Shown piece by piece: positions 39,177 through 53,517 of a stretch of DNA of 64,000 bases (position 1 is its first letter; the number at the start of each line of letters is the position of its first letter). Below the pieces are notes generated by a model. It worked only from the letters and a program-made list of their open reading frames with translations, ran no database searches and had not been told where the DNA came from. Source of the stretch: Lama glama (taxonomy: Eukaryota); assembly GCA_028534125.1 (NCBI GenBank), contig CM052817.1, forward strand, positions 62,188,001 to 62,252,000, in the 5' to 3' direction. The translations under genes were made by a program, and so were the position numbers.

Positions 39177-39378
39177 TCTCTATCTGCTTCCACCATGTGA
39201 GGACAGGGAGAAGATGCCAGCTATGAACCAAGAAGAAGGCCCTTATTATCTGACCATGCTGGTTCCTTGATCTTGGACTTCCAACCTCCAAAACCATAAA
39301 AAATAAATTTCTGTTGTTTACAAGCCACCACTTAGTCTGTGGTATTTCGTTATAGCAGTCCCAACAGACTAAGAGACA
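39177..39378 (+). mobile_element. MaLR LTR (MLT1A-like) 3' half
   Basis: ccaccatgtgaggacag...ccttgatcttggacttccaacctcca...aataaatttctgttgtttacaagcca...gttatagcagtcccaacagactaaga. Confidence 0.9.
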
Positions 39379-40182
39379 GCTTTATTCTTATGTCTATTTG
39401 TATGCAGACTCAGAGAAATTTTTATTTTCCAGGTCATTTTTGACTTTAAATATCTCCCCCATTATCTCTATATGTACATTCTTTCTTTCCATGTGTTCCT
39501 ATTTTTGGTTAAGAAACTGTGATCACTGTTCCTGTGTGAGCTTATATGATATGGAATTTTAGACCACTGGCTGGATCCCTAGTGTATGATTAAAGATCAT
39601 ACCAGAAGCAAGAGATCCGTTTTGTACTCTGTGATAGGAGAAAGAAAGTCAGTCACCCTTAGGATGAATGACTGCTCAGCCCTGTATTCAAGGCATCACA
39701 CTAAGAAATTGAGGTTTTACAGAGATTCTCCTTAGGCTTGTTTTCCTAATGCAACTCTATGGGGCTGGAAAAAACTCCTGAGACTGTTCTCTGCTTCCTG
39801 AAACTGTCATGGAACATTAGAGTTTTAATCATCCTTCAGGAGGGAATGGAATACAAGCCCAAACTGGACTTGGGGGTGCTAAATATAGAGGTTCCCTGAG
39901 TTGTCCAACCAGGGCACTGGGGGGTGTTTAAGGGACAGTCAGCCACTGACAGACTCCGTGAGATAATGATAGAGGTGAGAAACTGAAGTACTTGCCAACA
40001 TATCCTATAGGAGCTGCTGAGAGACCCAGGAATTGGCATTAATTTGACAAAGTGTAGACATTAGAATCTAAGGAGGCATGGAGGACCTCTAGATTACCAA
40101 ACAATGTACACAGCACAGGGCACTTCTTAAGCAGAAGGCAGATCACAGTAAAGAGCTGCTCCACCAACTCCGGTTTATGGAA

Positions 40183-40355
40183 TCAGAGGATTTCAATCCT
40201 GGCTGCCCACTGGAATCTCCTGGGGAACTTCTACCAAGCATGGATGCTAGGTTCCACCCCAATGAATCTGATTGTTTGGATGGCAGCCCAAGGCTGAGTA
40301 TTTTTAAAAGCTTTCTCTAGATAGTACTAATATGCAGCCAGGATGGGGATCCTGT
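40183..40355. mobile_element. MER5-type hAT-Charlie MITE
   Basis: tcaatcctggctgcccactggaatctcctggggaactt...gtatttttaaaagct...ctaatatgcagccagg. Confidence 0.8.
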
Positions 40356-40638
40356 AGTACAAACCACAGCAGAGGATAAAAACTATGCTATCATTTGAGT
40401 GGACAGTATTTTCCCCCTCAGTTACCTAAATGTATATTTGAAACAATATGGAGGCTCAGACCTTAACAACTACAATACTCAATGGAAGGTCTGAAATGCC
40501 AAATGAACTGCGTTTAACAGAGATATGAGTCCTCCTAGTCTAAGGAATAGCTTAGTTTACAAGAGACCCAAGGATGTGGATGTATTTTCCACCCAGAAAC
40601 CTTCCCTCCCCTGAAAAAAGAAATACACTTTTCATGGA

Positions 40639-41116
40639 TATGATGGTTACTTTTATGTATCAACTAGAGTGCCCAGATATTTGGTTAAACATTATGTTGG
40701 GTGTGTCTGTGATGGCATTTCTGGATGAGATTAACATTTGCATCAGCAGAGGTAGACTGAGTAAAGCAGGTTGCCTTCCCCAAGGTCAGTGGGCCTTAAC
40801 TAATCCTTTGAAGGCCTGAATAGAACACAAAGGCTGAGTAAGGGAGAATTCATTGGCTCTCTCTGCCTATCTTGGAGCTGGTACATCAGTCTTCTCCTGC
40901 CTCTACCCTCAGACTTGGACTGGAACTTAGACCACTGACTTTCCTGCTTCTCAAGCCTTCAGATCCAGTCGGGGACTTTAGTAACAGCTCTCCTGTGTCT
41001 CCAGTGTGCTTACTGTAGATCTGAGGACCTAGTCTCCATAATCATGTGAGCTAATTCCTTATAATAAATCCTTTTTTATATATTAGTTCTGTTTCTCTGG
41101 AGAATTCTGACACACA
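40639..41116 (+). mobile_element. ERVL solo LTR (MLT2-like)
   Basis: tgatggttacttttatgtatcaact...cccagatatttggttaaacatta...gtagactgagtaaagcag...tccataatcatgtgagctaattccttataataaatc...gtttctctggagaa. Confidence 0.9.
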
Positions 41117-42306
41117 ATGAGGCTTCCATTTATTACTTCTGAAATACTTGTTACTTTAGGCAACAGTTGCCTAAAAATACTAGTTGCCATGTCCTCAGAA
41201 ATGAGCAATAAATGCTACCATTTGCATGTATATATAATGGCATATGGCTGAGAATTTTCCCCAAGATCACCCCCTGTCATTTTTCTGCCATTGCACAAGC
41301 CTGCTTGTTATACCTCAGAGGGAAGGAAAAAAAAAAAGCATGTTAAGATGACCACAATGGAATTTGCTGGAATAGCAGCAGGGAGTTCCAGCAGTTCCCA
41401 CAAGCCAGCCCTTTATAAGCACCAGCCCATCACTGCCTTGTTTTCAAGACCTCCTGCTAATAGTCAATGGCTGGGCTTGGTTCTGGTCTATTAGAGTGTC
41501 CACTGGCAAAGAACTCAAGTTCCATTCAGGCATAATGAATCATCAGTCTCACACAGCAAATAATTCACCCAGACTCCCTTCTGTCTTCCCTTCTTTGACA
41601 GTTCATCTCCTGTCAAGTGAACTAAAAAGGGTATTAATGTTTTTCATTTTGCAACTGCTAGAGTCAAACAAGCACTTTTCATGTTACCTTTAACTCCTTC
41701 CCTTTATTTTTATAAATACTCACTCCTTAACTGTACCAATATAAATGCATATATGTATAGTGATATGTATTTTTCTCTACCCATTATGTTAGTAAGGCAA
41801 CTGCCCACTAGAAATCTTAAACACAATTAGAATTTTAAGTTGGTAGAATATGGCTTCAGTATAAAAAATGACACTGATAAGCTTTTCTCATTTCAACAGT
41901 CAGATACAGTCCTGTTCTAAAAATAAATAAAATAAAGCTTAGAAAAAGATCCATTTATGGTTTTGTATTCTATTATGAATTCTATAATTCTCAGAAGCTA
42001 CCTTAAACAATCAGCCCAATCAGGCCTCTGCTGACTGTAGGTTCCCTCCCCTTGATACAATCTCTCAGGAGAGTAAATATACTCCAGGTTTGCCTTTGAT
42101 CTCTCATTTTTACTGTTTTTAACCTGCACCCCATTAAGCATGGGGCAAGTCTTTGTATGACGAATTTCAGCAATATCCTCAGAAACAAGGGAAAAGGCAG
42201 TAAGGAAAAAATAAAAGAAAACATGTTTGTTAAAGAATAATAAATGACAAACAAATTAACTATACAAAGGGAATGAGATTCTCAATACAGTTCTGAGGGG
42301 CATCCC

Positions 42307-43300
42307 ATTCATTCATTCATTCATTCATTCATTCATTCATATTCTAACATGCAGGCACCACTCTAGGCACTGGGGTTAAAATGGTGAACTGAACAGAGTC
42401 CTTGCCATTTTGCAGCTTACATTCTAGTAGGAAGAGCAACCAGTACTTAGGCAGAACCAATAACCAGTATATTTATTAGTATATCAAAGAGTGGTAAGTG
42501 CCATGGAGACAAATAAAACAGGGTGACAAAGAAGAGCCTCTCTAACAAGGAGACCTAAAGGAAGTGAGGGAGTGAGCCAGGCTTTGTGTTATGTCTATGT
42601 TAGGCTTTGTGGTTCATAGTAAGGACACTGATTTTCCCTTTGAGTGAAATAGGGAGCCATTTCATGACTGCAAGCAGAAGAGTGACATGATCTGACATAT
42701 TAAAGGATTGTTTTGCTGTTCTGCCGAGGTTGTCTTGTAGCAAGGATGGGTTTGGTCTTCCAAACTAGTGTGGAAGACATGATTAGTACTCAGGAGTTCC
42801 CCAAGCCCTTTTTCTGCCTGGGCACACAAGAGGTACATTTTCCAGCTCCTCTGCAGTGAGGTGGGGCCACAAGACTGGTGCTGGATGATGAAACGTGAGC
42901 AGTAGCGACCTGTGTCGCTCTTCTGCTGCAGCTCTAGGGCTCTCCAGTCTTTCTCTTCCCCTACTGCCTCAGCCAGCGACCCTGTGAACGGGGCAACCTC
43001 CCTCAGCCCCAATCCCTGAATGACTGTAAGAAGCTCCCCCTAGCCCCCTTCATCTTGTCAAAATAAAGTCGACATTTGTGAATAAGATATATGATTTTAT
43101 TTTGGTGTTAAGCCACTGAGGTTTGGAGAGTTGAGAGTTATTGCTGCAAAAGCCTACTCTGTTCTGATGAAATCAACTAGTTAGGAAGTGATTACAAATG
43201 ACTCATTCTAGACATGACGGTGGCTTACACCAAGGTGAAAGGGGTGGAGATGAGATTCTGGATAAATTTTGAAGGTAAAGCCAAACCATTTGATAGATTT
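42307..43300 (-). mobile_element. LINE-2 (L2a-like) with (ATTC)n tail, interrupted by an LTR
   Basis: (attc)n at 42307-42340, caggcaccactctaggcactgggg, cagcttacattctagtagg; L2 sequence resumes after 43180. Confidence 0.85.
42769..43175 (+). mobile_element. MaLR solo LTR (MLT1I/J-like) nested in L2
   Basis: TG...CA ends, perfect 5-bp TSD actag (42764-42768 / 43176-43180), gtgttaagccactgaggtttgg 3' motif. Confidence 0.85.
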
Positions 43301-44769
43301 CTGTTATCCTGATAAGAAATTATTTTTAAACTTGAAAACACTTTCTAAACTTCTGTCTTTAGTTATAAAATGTTTGGCAAATGACAAATATATCCATCTA
43401 AGCATATATAATCTTTTTGGGCTGATGTAACATAATTCCTATAAGTGGTCTCAAAACAAATACAGTGATGAATAGCTCACATTTGTATTCTGCCTTCTTT
43501 TCTCTAGTCTGAGCATATATTTTGAAAAAAATACATAAATTTCCATTTAATGGAACATGGTATGCTATTAATTACATATTCTGGCAACAATTTCCAATAA
43601 AAAGACATAATTAAAAAAAAAAACCTCACTGCACTAAACTGCATTGGGAATTACCAGATATATTATCCTGAGACAAAATATGACAATGTCTATTATAGTG
43701 ATATTAAATGAGTTGTGTTTCAAATTGTACCTAAAGTTAAATATCATATTCTATTTATTTAGCAAACATGTAGTGAGAATCTATGCTAGGCACTTTAGTC
43801 ATGATAGTTATGGTCAAATAAAGAAATTACTGAACTTTCTAAGATCAGTGTCTACAGCCTTAAGTGTCCACTTCATCATGTTTTGAAAAACACAATGTAT
43901 AAGGACCTTCATGTGGTCCCAAAGTAAATTTACAATGTTGCAACATATAATAGAGCTTCCCTCCCCACAAATTAGTGGAATACTCATATTTTCTATGCAT
44001 TTCACAATATAAGTACTTAAGACAGAATGGTTACCATACTGATGATTAGAAAGTGATCCTAAATTAATAGAAAACATATGCAATGTATCTTGACTTTTAG
44101 TTATTTTTAAAGGGGAAAAGAAAAGGAGACATTGTTTTGATAAAAGCTTGTTATTTTCTCCTATAATTCATTTTGACATTAAATCTCAGCTATGGCTTTG
44201 AAGGGTCAAGGCCATCAGGTAGAGTTCTGTAAACTACATTTCTGCTTTACCCTGATGGTCACTTTTATGAATAATACTAGTAACAGAATAAACACAGATT
44301 CAAACATGCATTTAATTATACATTTTCCAATATCTTTTCCATTAAGAATATTTTGATATTTAAGAAAATGTTAGATGTCATTAAATGATTTTATAAATTT
44401 ATATTGGAAATGAACTCTAAAAAATACTTTTCTGAAAAATATCAGGTTTCCTAAGGGGCAACCTTTTGCTGAAATATCTTTACCTGATCTAATCAGCTTT
44501 GATTTTCTTAAAAATCAGTCTTACCTTTTTAGTTTCTGATTTGTCCAAGTTCAAAATGTCAAATATACATAAAAGAAAATTAAATGTATAATTTCATAAT
44601 TTATAACCATTACAGGAAGTTTTTATTATTTTAACCTAGTGTACAAAATGGTCCTGAAAATACTGCATGCTTACCATTGACAATATCCCCTTTGTCTAAG
44701 TTTTAGTGTGTATGCAAGCATCATTTTCTATGCTGTATTTTCCTAACCTATAAAAATAGACTTTTCACC

Positions 44770-45310
44770 ATCTACAGTCCCTTTCCTCTCTAACATTCTT
44801 TGATTCCAAATCATTGCCATGTCAACATTCTCTGGCATCCCTTGTTGACATTCCTACTGCAACTGCCTTCATTTAGGCACTCACCAACCTAAACTTGAGT
44901 AACACAGTGGTCTTCCCAGGCATATGATGTTCTTGTCTCTAATTTGGACTCATCCTCACTAGCCTCCACATGATTAGAGTTATCATTCTCAGTTACAAAT
45001 CTGATCATCTGAGTTACTCGTTGGCTTAAAAAGTTTTTAATGTATTTCTTCTTCCAGATTCTGGAAGAACACAGGTGCCCCACCATTGCATTTGAATGCT
45101 CCCCAACATGACCCTGGCCCCTAGTACACTTCTCTTTTATAGAATTTATCACAGTGTAATATGATGATTGATTTAAAGCCATCTTTCCCTCTAGACTCCT
45201 CGAGAGTAGGTAAAACGTTTGATTTGGGATCCTTTGTGTTTATCACATTGCTTGTACGTAGTAGGGAACAGTATGTGTTGGTAGAAAAAACAAAGAAGTG
45301 AATGAATAGA
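44770..45310 (+). mobile_element. LINE-2 fragment
   Basis: Ends ctagactcctcgagagtagg...gtacgtagtaggg...gtgaatgaat. Confidence 0.65.
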
Positions 45311-47129
45311 CTTCCCTAATACTTGAATGCAAGGTTTTAATAAAGGACTGAGGTACCATATTCTCTAAGACTCTACAAATATTTATTCCCATTTGAAAAT
45401 ATGCCACAAATCTCTAGCACATATTTTGCCACAAGAGATACAAAAGGAAAATGCCATATAAACATGAAACTCTATGGTATACTTTTTCATATTCATACAT
45501 AAAATCACTTGTAAAACATTGCTTTTTTGCCTAATTTATTCTATTTAGACAAAGAAACCAGACTGGCTAGATTTATGAGGTGGTTAAACGTGTGATGTAT
45601 TGATTTACACTATTATAAATACTTATGTGCCACCAAAGTTTTTCATTTTAAGAAACAAAAAACTACAAATGTTAAATGATATATTAGAGAACTCTCTCCT
45701 ACCACATCCTAGTTATTTTAAATGGAATCTAAATTTGGGGTCTAAATTAAGAGAATACATGTAAGTTTCACACAGCATAATTTAGAACAGGAAGTTTCCC
45801 TGGTAACCATATATAAGTTGGCAAGCAGCAAAAGAAACTATAGCCTTAGGTTCTTGTAAAGAAACAGGAAGTATACTTCATGACCTTGAATTTGTTATTG
45901 GTTAACTCCTTCTTGCTTGTAATTTTAGGTTTGTCTTTTTCATTTAAATCAACTGTTTACAAGTAGATAGAAGAGAATTTTAGTAAATCCCATCTCATAT
46001 TCTTTAAAGCTTTTCAGATGTTCTGTGTGATAACCTTCCTTTTTTCTTCGATTAATACACTTGGCCAATCAATAAAGCAATCTTTAGCTTCCTTCAGTCA
46101 AACTACAGTGGGCGCAAATGACTTTTTAAATACCCTGTCCTGGAAATGTTCTGGAAATAACCATAAAGTCAACGGCAGGAATATTGATGTTAAACTTATT
46201 TCTTTATGTTCACATTAAAGAATGTCAAAAAACAATGTACCATTGAATGCAATATACTGCTACTATTATTCATATTATTATTATTATTCATAGTAACAAA
46301 CAGGAATATGTTCCGAAGAGAATTTTCCATTACTTTACTTGATATAAACACAATTTAAAAAGATAAATGGATTACACTTTATACACTCTGTAATAACACA
46401 AATCTAGATCTTCCTAGCTTTGTTTTAGCAGACTTTTTAAAGAAATTTTTCTTAAATTAGTTATTTGCTAAGAGGCACACGTAGCATGTTTTTAAGTACT
46501 TCAATGTCAGTCCTTTGGTATCTGTAATTCTTTGCAACCAGTACTCTAATTATTATATATGATTTAAGGAGAAAAATGCATGTACAAGCAAATTCTACTG
46601 TTAACAACAGGAACTCATAATACAAATTAATGGTAGCACATGCTCCTTAGTGGTTAATATAACATTTACAAAAGCTTTTTGTTAACTGTAGCAATATGCT
46701 GAAACTTCGGAACCATCTGGAAATAATTCTATTCACAGTCTCAGGAGGAAGCAAGACTTGTTAGCACAGAATATTTCAAATATTTAGATAACTTTAGATA
46801 ACGTTAGGTAAAGTAGCAGCTCACTCTCACATGGACATACACGCTCTCCTGCTTTCTAGGGTGTCCTCAGAAAAGATCAGTTAGAAAAATGAGAATCTGA
46901 CTAAACTATGCCATTTGGCAGATATTTATTTATCATCTGCTACCTTATACTGTGTTATGCACAAAGGGGATGAGGGCATACTATAATAAAAATGAGAGAT
47001 TTCAGGAAAGGAAGGAGGTGTGGAAGGGAGAAGGCAGGAAGGAAAGTAGGAAGGAAATAAATATGAAATATACTTTTCAAGATCTAAGAAGTTATGACAG
47101 AGTGATGCAATAGTGATGCCTATTAAGAA

Positions 47130-47770
47130 AGCACAGGTCAATTTCTGGTGACAGGGCATTGTAAGTAGAAGAAGCAAAGGCTCTACATGGAAAGTACAGT
47201 GGTATTTATAAGGAACAAACAGCATGAAGGCAAGTGGAGTTCAGTGAGAGATGGTGAAGTGCTCAGTGAGAAAATAAGGAGTGGGGATGGGATGCAGAAT
47301 TTGAGTCCAGGGTGAGGAAAGAAGAGAAAAATCAAGAATTCTGTTATGGACAGCCTATTCCAAGTGGAAATATCAAGTATGCAGTTGAAAGTATGATTCT
47401 GGATTTCAGGGGGAAGGTCCAGGCTGAAATTTTCAATTTAGGAGGCATTGTCACACAGTTGAAATTGCTATCTACAAGACTAAGTGAAATTCCCTAACAA
47501 GATAATCAGAGACACAGAACATAACTGGAACAAATGTGTGTGGAAGCCCTAATCCATAGATAAAGAAGACAGAGGGACCCAAGATGGAGCCCAGAGACCT
47601 CAACACTTAAGAGTTGTGATGAAAATGGAGTCAGAAAAGGAGACTGAGAAGGACATATCTGAGAGACAGAAAGACGGGGGGAAACATGGAGGTAGAATTT
47701 GATTTCACAGCAGTCAAAAGAAGTATTTTGAGAAGATGGAAGGGGTTACAATGGTCAAATTCAAATACAG
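47130..47770 (-). mobile_element. LINE-2 fragment
   Basis: Purine-rich antisense L2: ccaagtggaaatatcaagtatgcagttg...gagggacccaagatggagcccagaga...aaggagactgagaagga. Confidence 0.7.
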
Positions 47771-50700
47771 CAAGTTACCAAAAGTCTCTACAGAAGTAAC
47801 TCAGAGGAAAAAAGCCATCAAAATGGGCCAGTGTTAAATATTTTCAACTTTTCAAGATATTTCTTCCAATAAACATCTTAAAGTTCATAATGAAAGAAGC
47901 ATTCAACCACATTTTATTGCTTATCTGAATTGCTGATCCCATTGTGAACTTTTAATTAATACATAAAAGGAGCCCCTACATTAATTTATTCCAATCATTA
48001 TAAAGTAATTAACATCTTGACAATGACTCAGATTCCACATGTCTATATCTATAAAATAAAGCATAATTAACACTTGTATTAGATTCATCATCTGTGTTTT
48101 AGTGAATGACCTTATTGCTTCAATAAAGCCTTACTGAAATGTCAGCATAACCACAAAGATAAATGAAAAGGAAAATTACCATTCAGTAGTTATCTCTCAA
48201 TAGTCTTCCTACTAAGGGCAAAATTGTGTATCTGAATATATTTATCCATTAGTCTTATTGATTGCAAGAACATCTAAAAGATAGTCCATTAAGTCTCTGA
48301 AGTGTTTAATTTGTGCTAAAGGATGAATAACAAAAATACTTTAAAAAAAGGTAAAATATTCTGTAAATATAAAATGTTTTAAATTAAACAATTATTGAAT
48401 TATTATATACCCAGGTAGGTCTCATTTCACTGTACTAGATCAATTACAGAATATAATTTATTTCTGTAATTATTATATATTTCCTGTTTCTCACACTGCA
48501 TAAAAAGATTCTCACGGCAGAGACTGGGTTTATCTCCCAAATGCCAAGCTCATGGAACAGATTAGGAACTTAATATATATCTGGTAGATGAACAATGAAT
48601 AGGTAGGTGGAACCACAAAAGTGAGAGAGGATATACAGATTGCTTTCTTTCTATGGTTCTAACATTGGCATACAAAATATTTTTCAGTAGCCAAAAAAGT
48701 GTGAGATATGTCTGTGTGTATAATTTTTTTTGCATGAAACAAGGAAGGAAATGTGAACATAGTAAATTTTATTTAACTGGAGACTGACAAAATAATCACC
48801 AGCACAAATGCTGTACAGTACTGCATTGCCATTTTAAAGATGGAAAAGGGTCAGTACTTTGTAGAAGTGATCATATTTGTTCACAGATAGGGAAAAATAT
48901 GCAGAATTAAGGATAAGAAACATTCAGAGTTTTGACAAAGAGGCCAAATATGTGTGATTTTAATGAATACTTTGAAAACCTGTTGTGGAAAACTGGACAA
49001 ATCAGAAAAATAGTCTTTCTATTTCTGAGACAGTTCATTTTGTTCACTGTTAAGTTCTGATACAGAGACCGCTAGACAGTCAGAAAGAATATGTATCAAA
49101 ACCCTGATTCACTCACCACAAGCCCTCTGTGGAAAACTGAGAGTACAACAATCCAATTACTATATGGAAATTCACAGTTGGAAACATGGCAGGAAATACA
49201 AGTTAGAAACAGACTGTTAAACACTGAATTTCAAATTAAGGCTTTATTTTGCTTGTATACTCTTTTTAAAGAAGGTTTTCTAAATATCTGTATCCAGCGA
49301 TGCACTTTTTAGTCAGTGGATGCAAATGATAGATTGTGAGCTTTATTAAACCTCAACAATTTTCTAATCTGTGAAAAGAAAACGATAGTAATACAAATGA
49401 TGAAAAACAAACACATGTTTTTCAATAAATCTTTCCTTTAAATTTTTAAGTTATGCTTAGGCATTCATTTCCGACTATGTACTGTAGGGCAAAAGTTGGC
49501 TAGATTTTTAAGGCATCTAGTAACTGGGTAAGAATTTTTAAAATGTTGACAAAACTTGCTGCATATTCCTCCTTGCTCCAAAGATCTTTGCAAATCATTA
49601 ATTTGCTAACTCAGGGTTAAAGATGTCTGGCTGATCTATGATATTCCAACCTAAAGGCCAATCTTGTTATTAATAAACAATCTGAAAGCAAATGATAGAT
49701 AGGAAATCTCCACTACCATTCCCAGTTAATATTCTATTTCAATTACAATGCCATATTCTTAGTTTTAAAAATTGAATCTGCCAAAGATGCCAAATATATG
49801 GTGCATTTTATGATTAAATCAAAACTATGATATCTAAATTCAATAAGGAGATATTAAAACTGGAGGAGTCAGTTATCTTGACTAAGTCTAGGGTTGTGCC
49901 CCAGAGTGAAAAGGGCAGGAAAGAAAAATCACTCATGTGATCAGTGAGTAAAAGAAAAAAGAAAGATGATTGACTGAATAGAGGTTAAATCTTTTGAAAG
50001 GCTTAAGAAGTGGTACTATTTGGCAAATGTAAAAGCACAAGTCGAATGGTATTTAAATCCACTTACATGTTATAAAAGAGCAAACAATTTATAATCTAAT
50101 GACAGTGTCAAGGAGGGTCTGTATGTTCAGATATTCAACTGGCATAATAATAATATCAACTCATGAATCATTCAAAGATTTCAGAAACTTTAAAAGGACT
50201 ACTACTGATGAGATTTTTCAGGTGTTAAAAACTAGACCAAAGAAGTCCCATAATGTGCTTTGGACTTTGTATTTTGTTTTTAAGATTTTATTACTACCCA
50301 CCGCTCCTCCATCCTTATTTGTAGTTAAGAGAATTCAATGCTTTTATCAAAGAAACTGCATGAAATGCCTCTCAAAGATGTACCTCTGTTTAGAACACTT
50401 TCCCACATTAAATGGAATTCTCAAAATTGTAGGTTTAAAATTTAAAAATGTAGGGAAAACGCAAATTCCATGAAGGAACAAGGAGTGTCTTCTGTTTCTA
50501 AAAGGCAATGCCAAAATTAAAACTTTAAAATTAAACTAAATTCTAACTAAAATTAAGACATTTTAACATGCAATTTAAACATGAAAATGTTCAGATAATG
50601 TATTCATATGCTCTTAAAGTGTAGAACTGATACAATTTATAAGTCAGTACCTATTGTGAATGTCTTCATTAATCTTAGTACTCAGAAGTAACTCACTATT

Positions 50701-51404
50701 AATTTCTTTAAATTTGATTAAAAAATTAATTGGGGAAAGTTGATTACATTATAAATTAAAATATTTTGTGTTAGTATATCATGGTCACCATGTATAGAGC
50801 TATTTGAAAATTAGATCTACGTAGGGTATTTCTTCAAATGCAATGAAAGCGACCTAGTTATGTACACTTCTGCATATCACTTATTGGGCATTTCTAATTA
50901 TTTGTAATGGAGGTTAGCTAGTCATCAAGCTGGAAAGAGTTTTCTATTTCCCTCAATGTCCCATATCCATTTTCATTTTTCTTATTTTCATGGAAGAAAT
51001 TATTGCTCTCTATTTTTCTCTTCCTATGTAATACTGTATTTTCCAAGCCTAACTGAAAGGAAGACTGTTACACATTTCCCACTTCCCTCTCTCCTGAATG
51101 TTCTTAACAATAGGATATTCCTGTTGGAAATCATCTGAAACTTTGGTCAGTTTTAAAACAGACTTGTACCAGATAGAGGTCAGGATCTGTTGGTAGACAG
51201 ATGCTGCCCTCAAATTGACAAAACAATTGTCTCTAACACCAGAAGGGAAGAGTTTGTCAATTTCAAGATCAAATTAAGCACTGGCCTCCCCCTCTCCCGC
51301 ACCCAACTCTAGAACCTCTGAGGAAAAGGGAGGACATTATATGGAGTTGAGATCCACATATTTACAATAAAAAATATAATAATTGATATATACTTATCAT
51401 AAAG

Positions 51405-51615
51405 ATCACATTAGATTCATATATACTATCTCTCTGCACCTTCACAACAATATCAGTGAGTAAATTAGGACATAGACATATTCTATAGAATATGTCTTAG
51501 GGAACTAAGCCTCCAGGGGATTGAATGGCTGCCCAAGTTTGGACATGTATGATACGGCACATGCAGGACTTAACAATCAGGAGTTCTGACTCTAAAGCTT
51601 ATATTCTTTTAGTGG
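51405..51615 (-). mobile_element. MIR SINE containing a 24-bp palindrome
   Basis: ccttcacaacaa...gggaactaagcctccaggggattgaatggctgcccaag...ttctgactctaaagc. Confidence 0.65.
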
Positions 51616-51939
51616 CCAACTCCGTCACCTTCATTTTTAAATTATGAATTTGGTGGAAATCTCTTTGTTGATTAAAGCAGCAACAACATAATGGGCCAAA
51701 AACTTAGAAGTTTTAATCTAAGGATTTACCAAAATTCAAATGCAGTATGAAGGATCCAGATTACAGGCAACACTCTACTCATATGGAGAAATTAGAAAAT
51801 ATTCAGAGACATAATGTTAATAGTAATCACAACACTTCATTTATATAGGACTTCGCACTTTTCAAGGTGTTTTACATATATTATCCCATTTATATTGCAC
51901 ATAGAAGCAATTCTAGAAATGTTAAAGGCTTTTTTTTTT

Positions 51940-52039
51940 NNNNNNNNNNNNNNNNNNNNNNNNNNNNNNNNNNNNNNNNNNNNNNNNNNNNNNNNNNNNN
52001 NNNNNNNNNNNNNNNNNNNNNNNNNNNNNNNNNNNNNNN
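51940..52039. other. Assembly gap (100 N)
   Basis: Run of N preceded by a poly(T) run. Confidence 1.
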
Positions 52040-52994
52040 AGGCATATCTGTATCTGATAAGAAATTAAAATTATTGACTATATTTTTACACTGTTCCATA
52101 TCTAAACATTGCAGTGTGTTAAATATCTGAAGAATACAGAATGAGAAAGAATTATAGGTTGTTCTTATTTTAGTTAAGAAATTTAAAACTGCACATTTTC
52201 AGTCCATTTATAAGCTGTAACCTACAATATTTTGAAGTCTGCCACTAACAAAAGAATCACTTTCAGCCCACTCTAGATTTAAAACAGAGACATTATTCAT
52301 ATCCAGGAGAATTCTAATTTGATCAAGTGACATAAATATCGGGCACTAAGTGACAACAGCATTGCAAACAAATACAACAAGAAATACATTATTAAACTTG
52401 TTTTAAAATATAAACTTATATTGATACATGTAAGGCATTTATGAGAGATTATATTCATTAATTCTGTGCTTATTCTACACAATCTGCATTATTAATGACC
52501 TTTAAGAAAGACCCTTGTTTATTCAACAATCATTCACCTGGTGTTTATTTAGTAAACACTCTGGGCCATGCTGGATCCTGGCGGCTACACTCGTGTGGAA
52601 ATCACTAATGGTTTTCTACGGGTGTAAACAAACTGTAAGACTTAATGTAGTAAGTGTAAACTCACAGTACAAAAGGCACACAGGTGACCCAAATAATGCT
52701 TAGTATTCTCCAAACACTTATTTATCACTCAACCAATGGATTCACTTATTTAAAAACAGGTATTTATGACCAATATAATTATAACAGTATTAAGGAAAGT
52801 TTAGAAAGAACAGCAAAAAAAGCATAATACAAAAACTACTGTCATCATACATGTTTTTTCCCAGTTTTTTTAAATATGCATTTTATTGTGAACTGCATTT
52901 TTATTTACTCCCTCATAAGCATTTTCAGATAATCCCACATAATTTTTTGATAAGCTTTTAAATAGCTACATAATATTCCACTCAGGAATCAGAT

Positions 52995-53210
52995 ATAATG
53001 ACAGAATCTTTCAAATCTCATGGACCTGGGTTTAGACTTAGATGATTGCTCCACTACCATTTAACTAGACTGCTTTCTTCTCTGTAAAGTGAATATAATA
53101 ATATATACCTTTCAGACTTTTTAAACATCAGAGGTTGTTAATTTATGAAGCACCTATCACAGATGCTGAAACTCAGTAAGGAACTAAGAGATGGCAGCTA
53201 TTGCTTATTA
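52995..53210 (+). mobile_element. MIR SINE
   Basis: gacctgggttta...ttcttctctgtaaagtgaatataataata...aagcacctatcacagatgctgaaactcagtaag. Confidence 0.65.
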
Positions 53211-53426
53211 AGTCCCTGAATGTTGTAGAACTAGATTACAGTGATTTAAATACTTATTCCTTTTGGATTGTTTTATTGAGGTCCACACACAATTCTGCCT
53301 AACACTTATTATAATCCCTGAATTTCTTATTTTCTAACCTCAAATCAGAAATATGTTACAGTAGATATTTTGGCAAAAAGAAAGATCATTCAGGGAGTCA
53401 TAAGGGAAGTAGGGCAAGAGTAGCTG

Positions 53427-53517
53427 TACTTAATGTATACATATGCATGACTGGGACATTATGCTGTACACCAGAAACTGACATATTGTAACTGACTGTA
53501 TGTCAATAAGAAAAAAA
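53427..53517 (+). mobile_element. Young camelid-type LINE-1 extreme 3' end (5'-truncated)
   Basis: tatgcatgactgggacattatgctgtacaccagaaactgacatattgtaactgactgtatgtcaataag plus A-run. Confidence 0.75.

Noticed and set aside
51814..52130. ORFs spanning the second gap
   Set aside because: Artefacts of the N run
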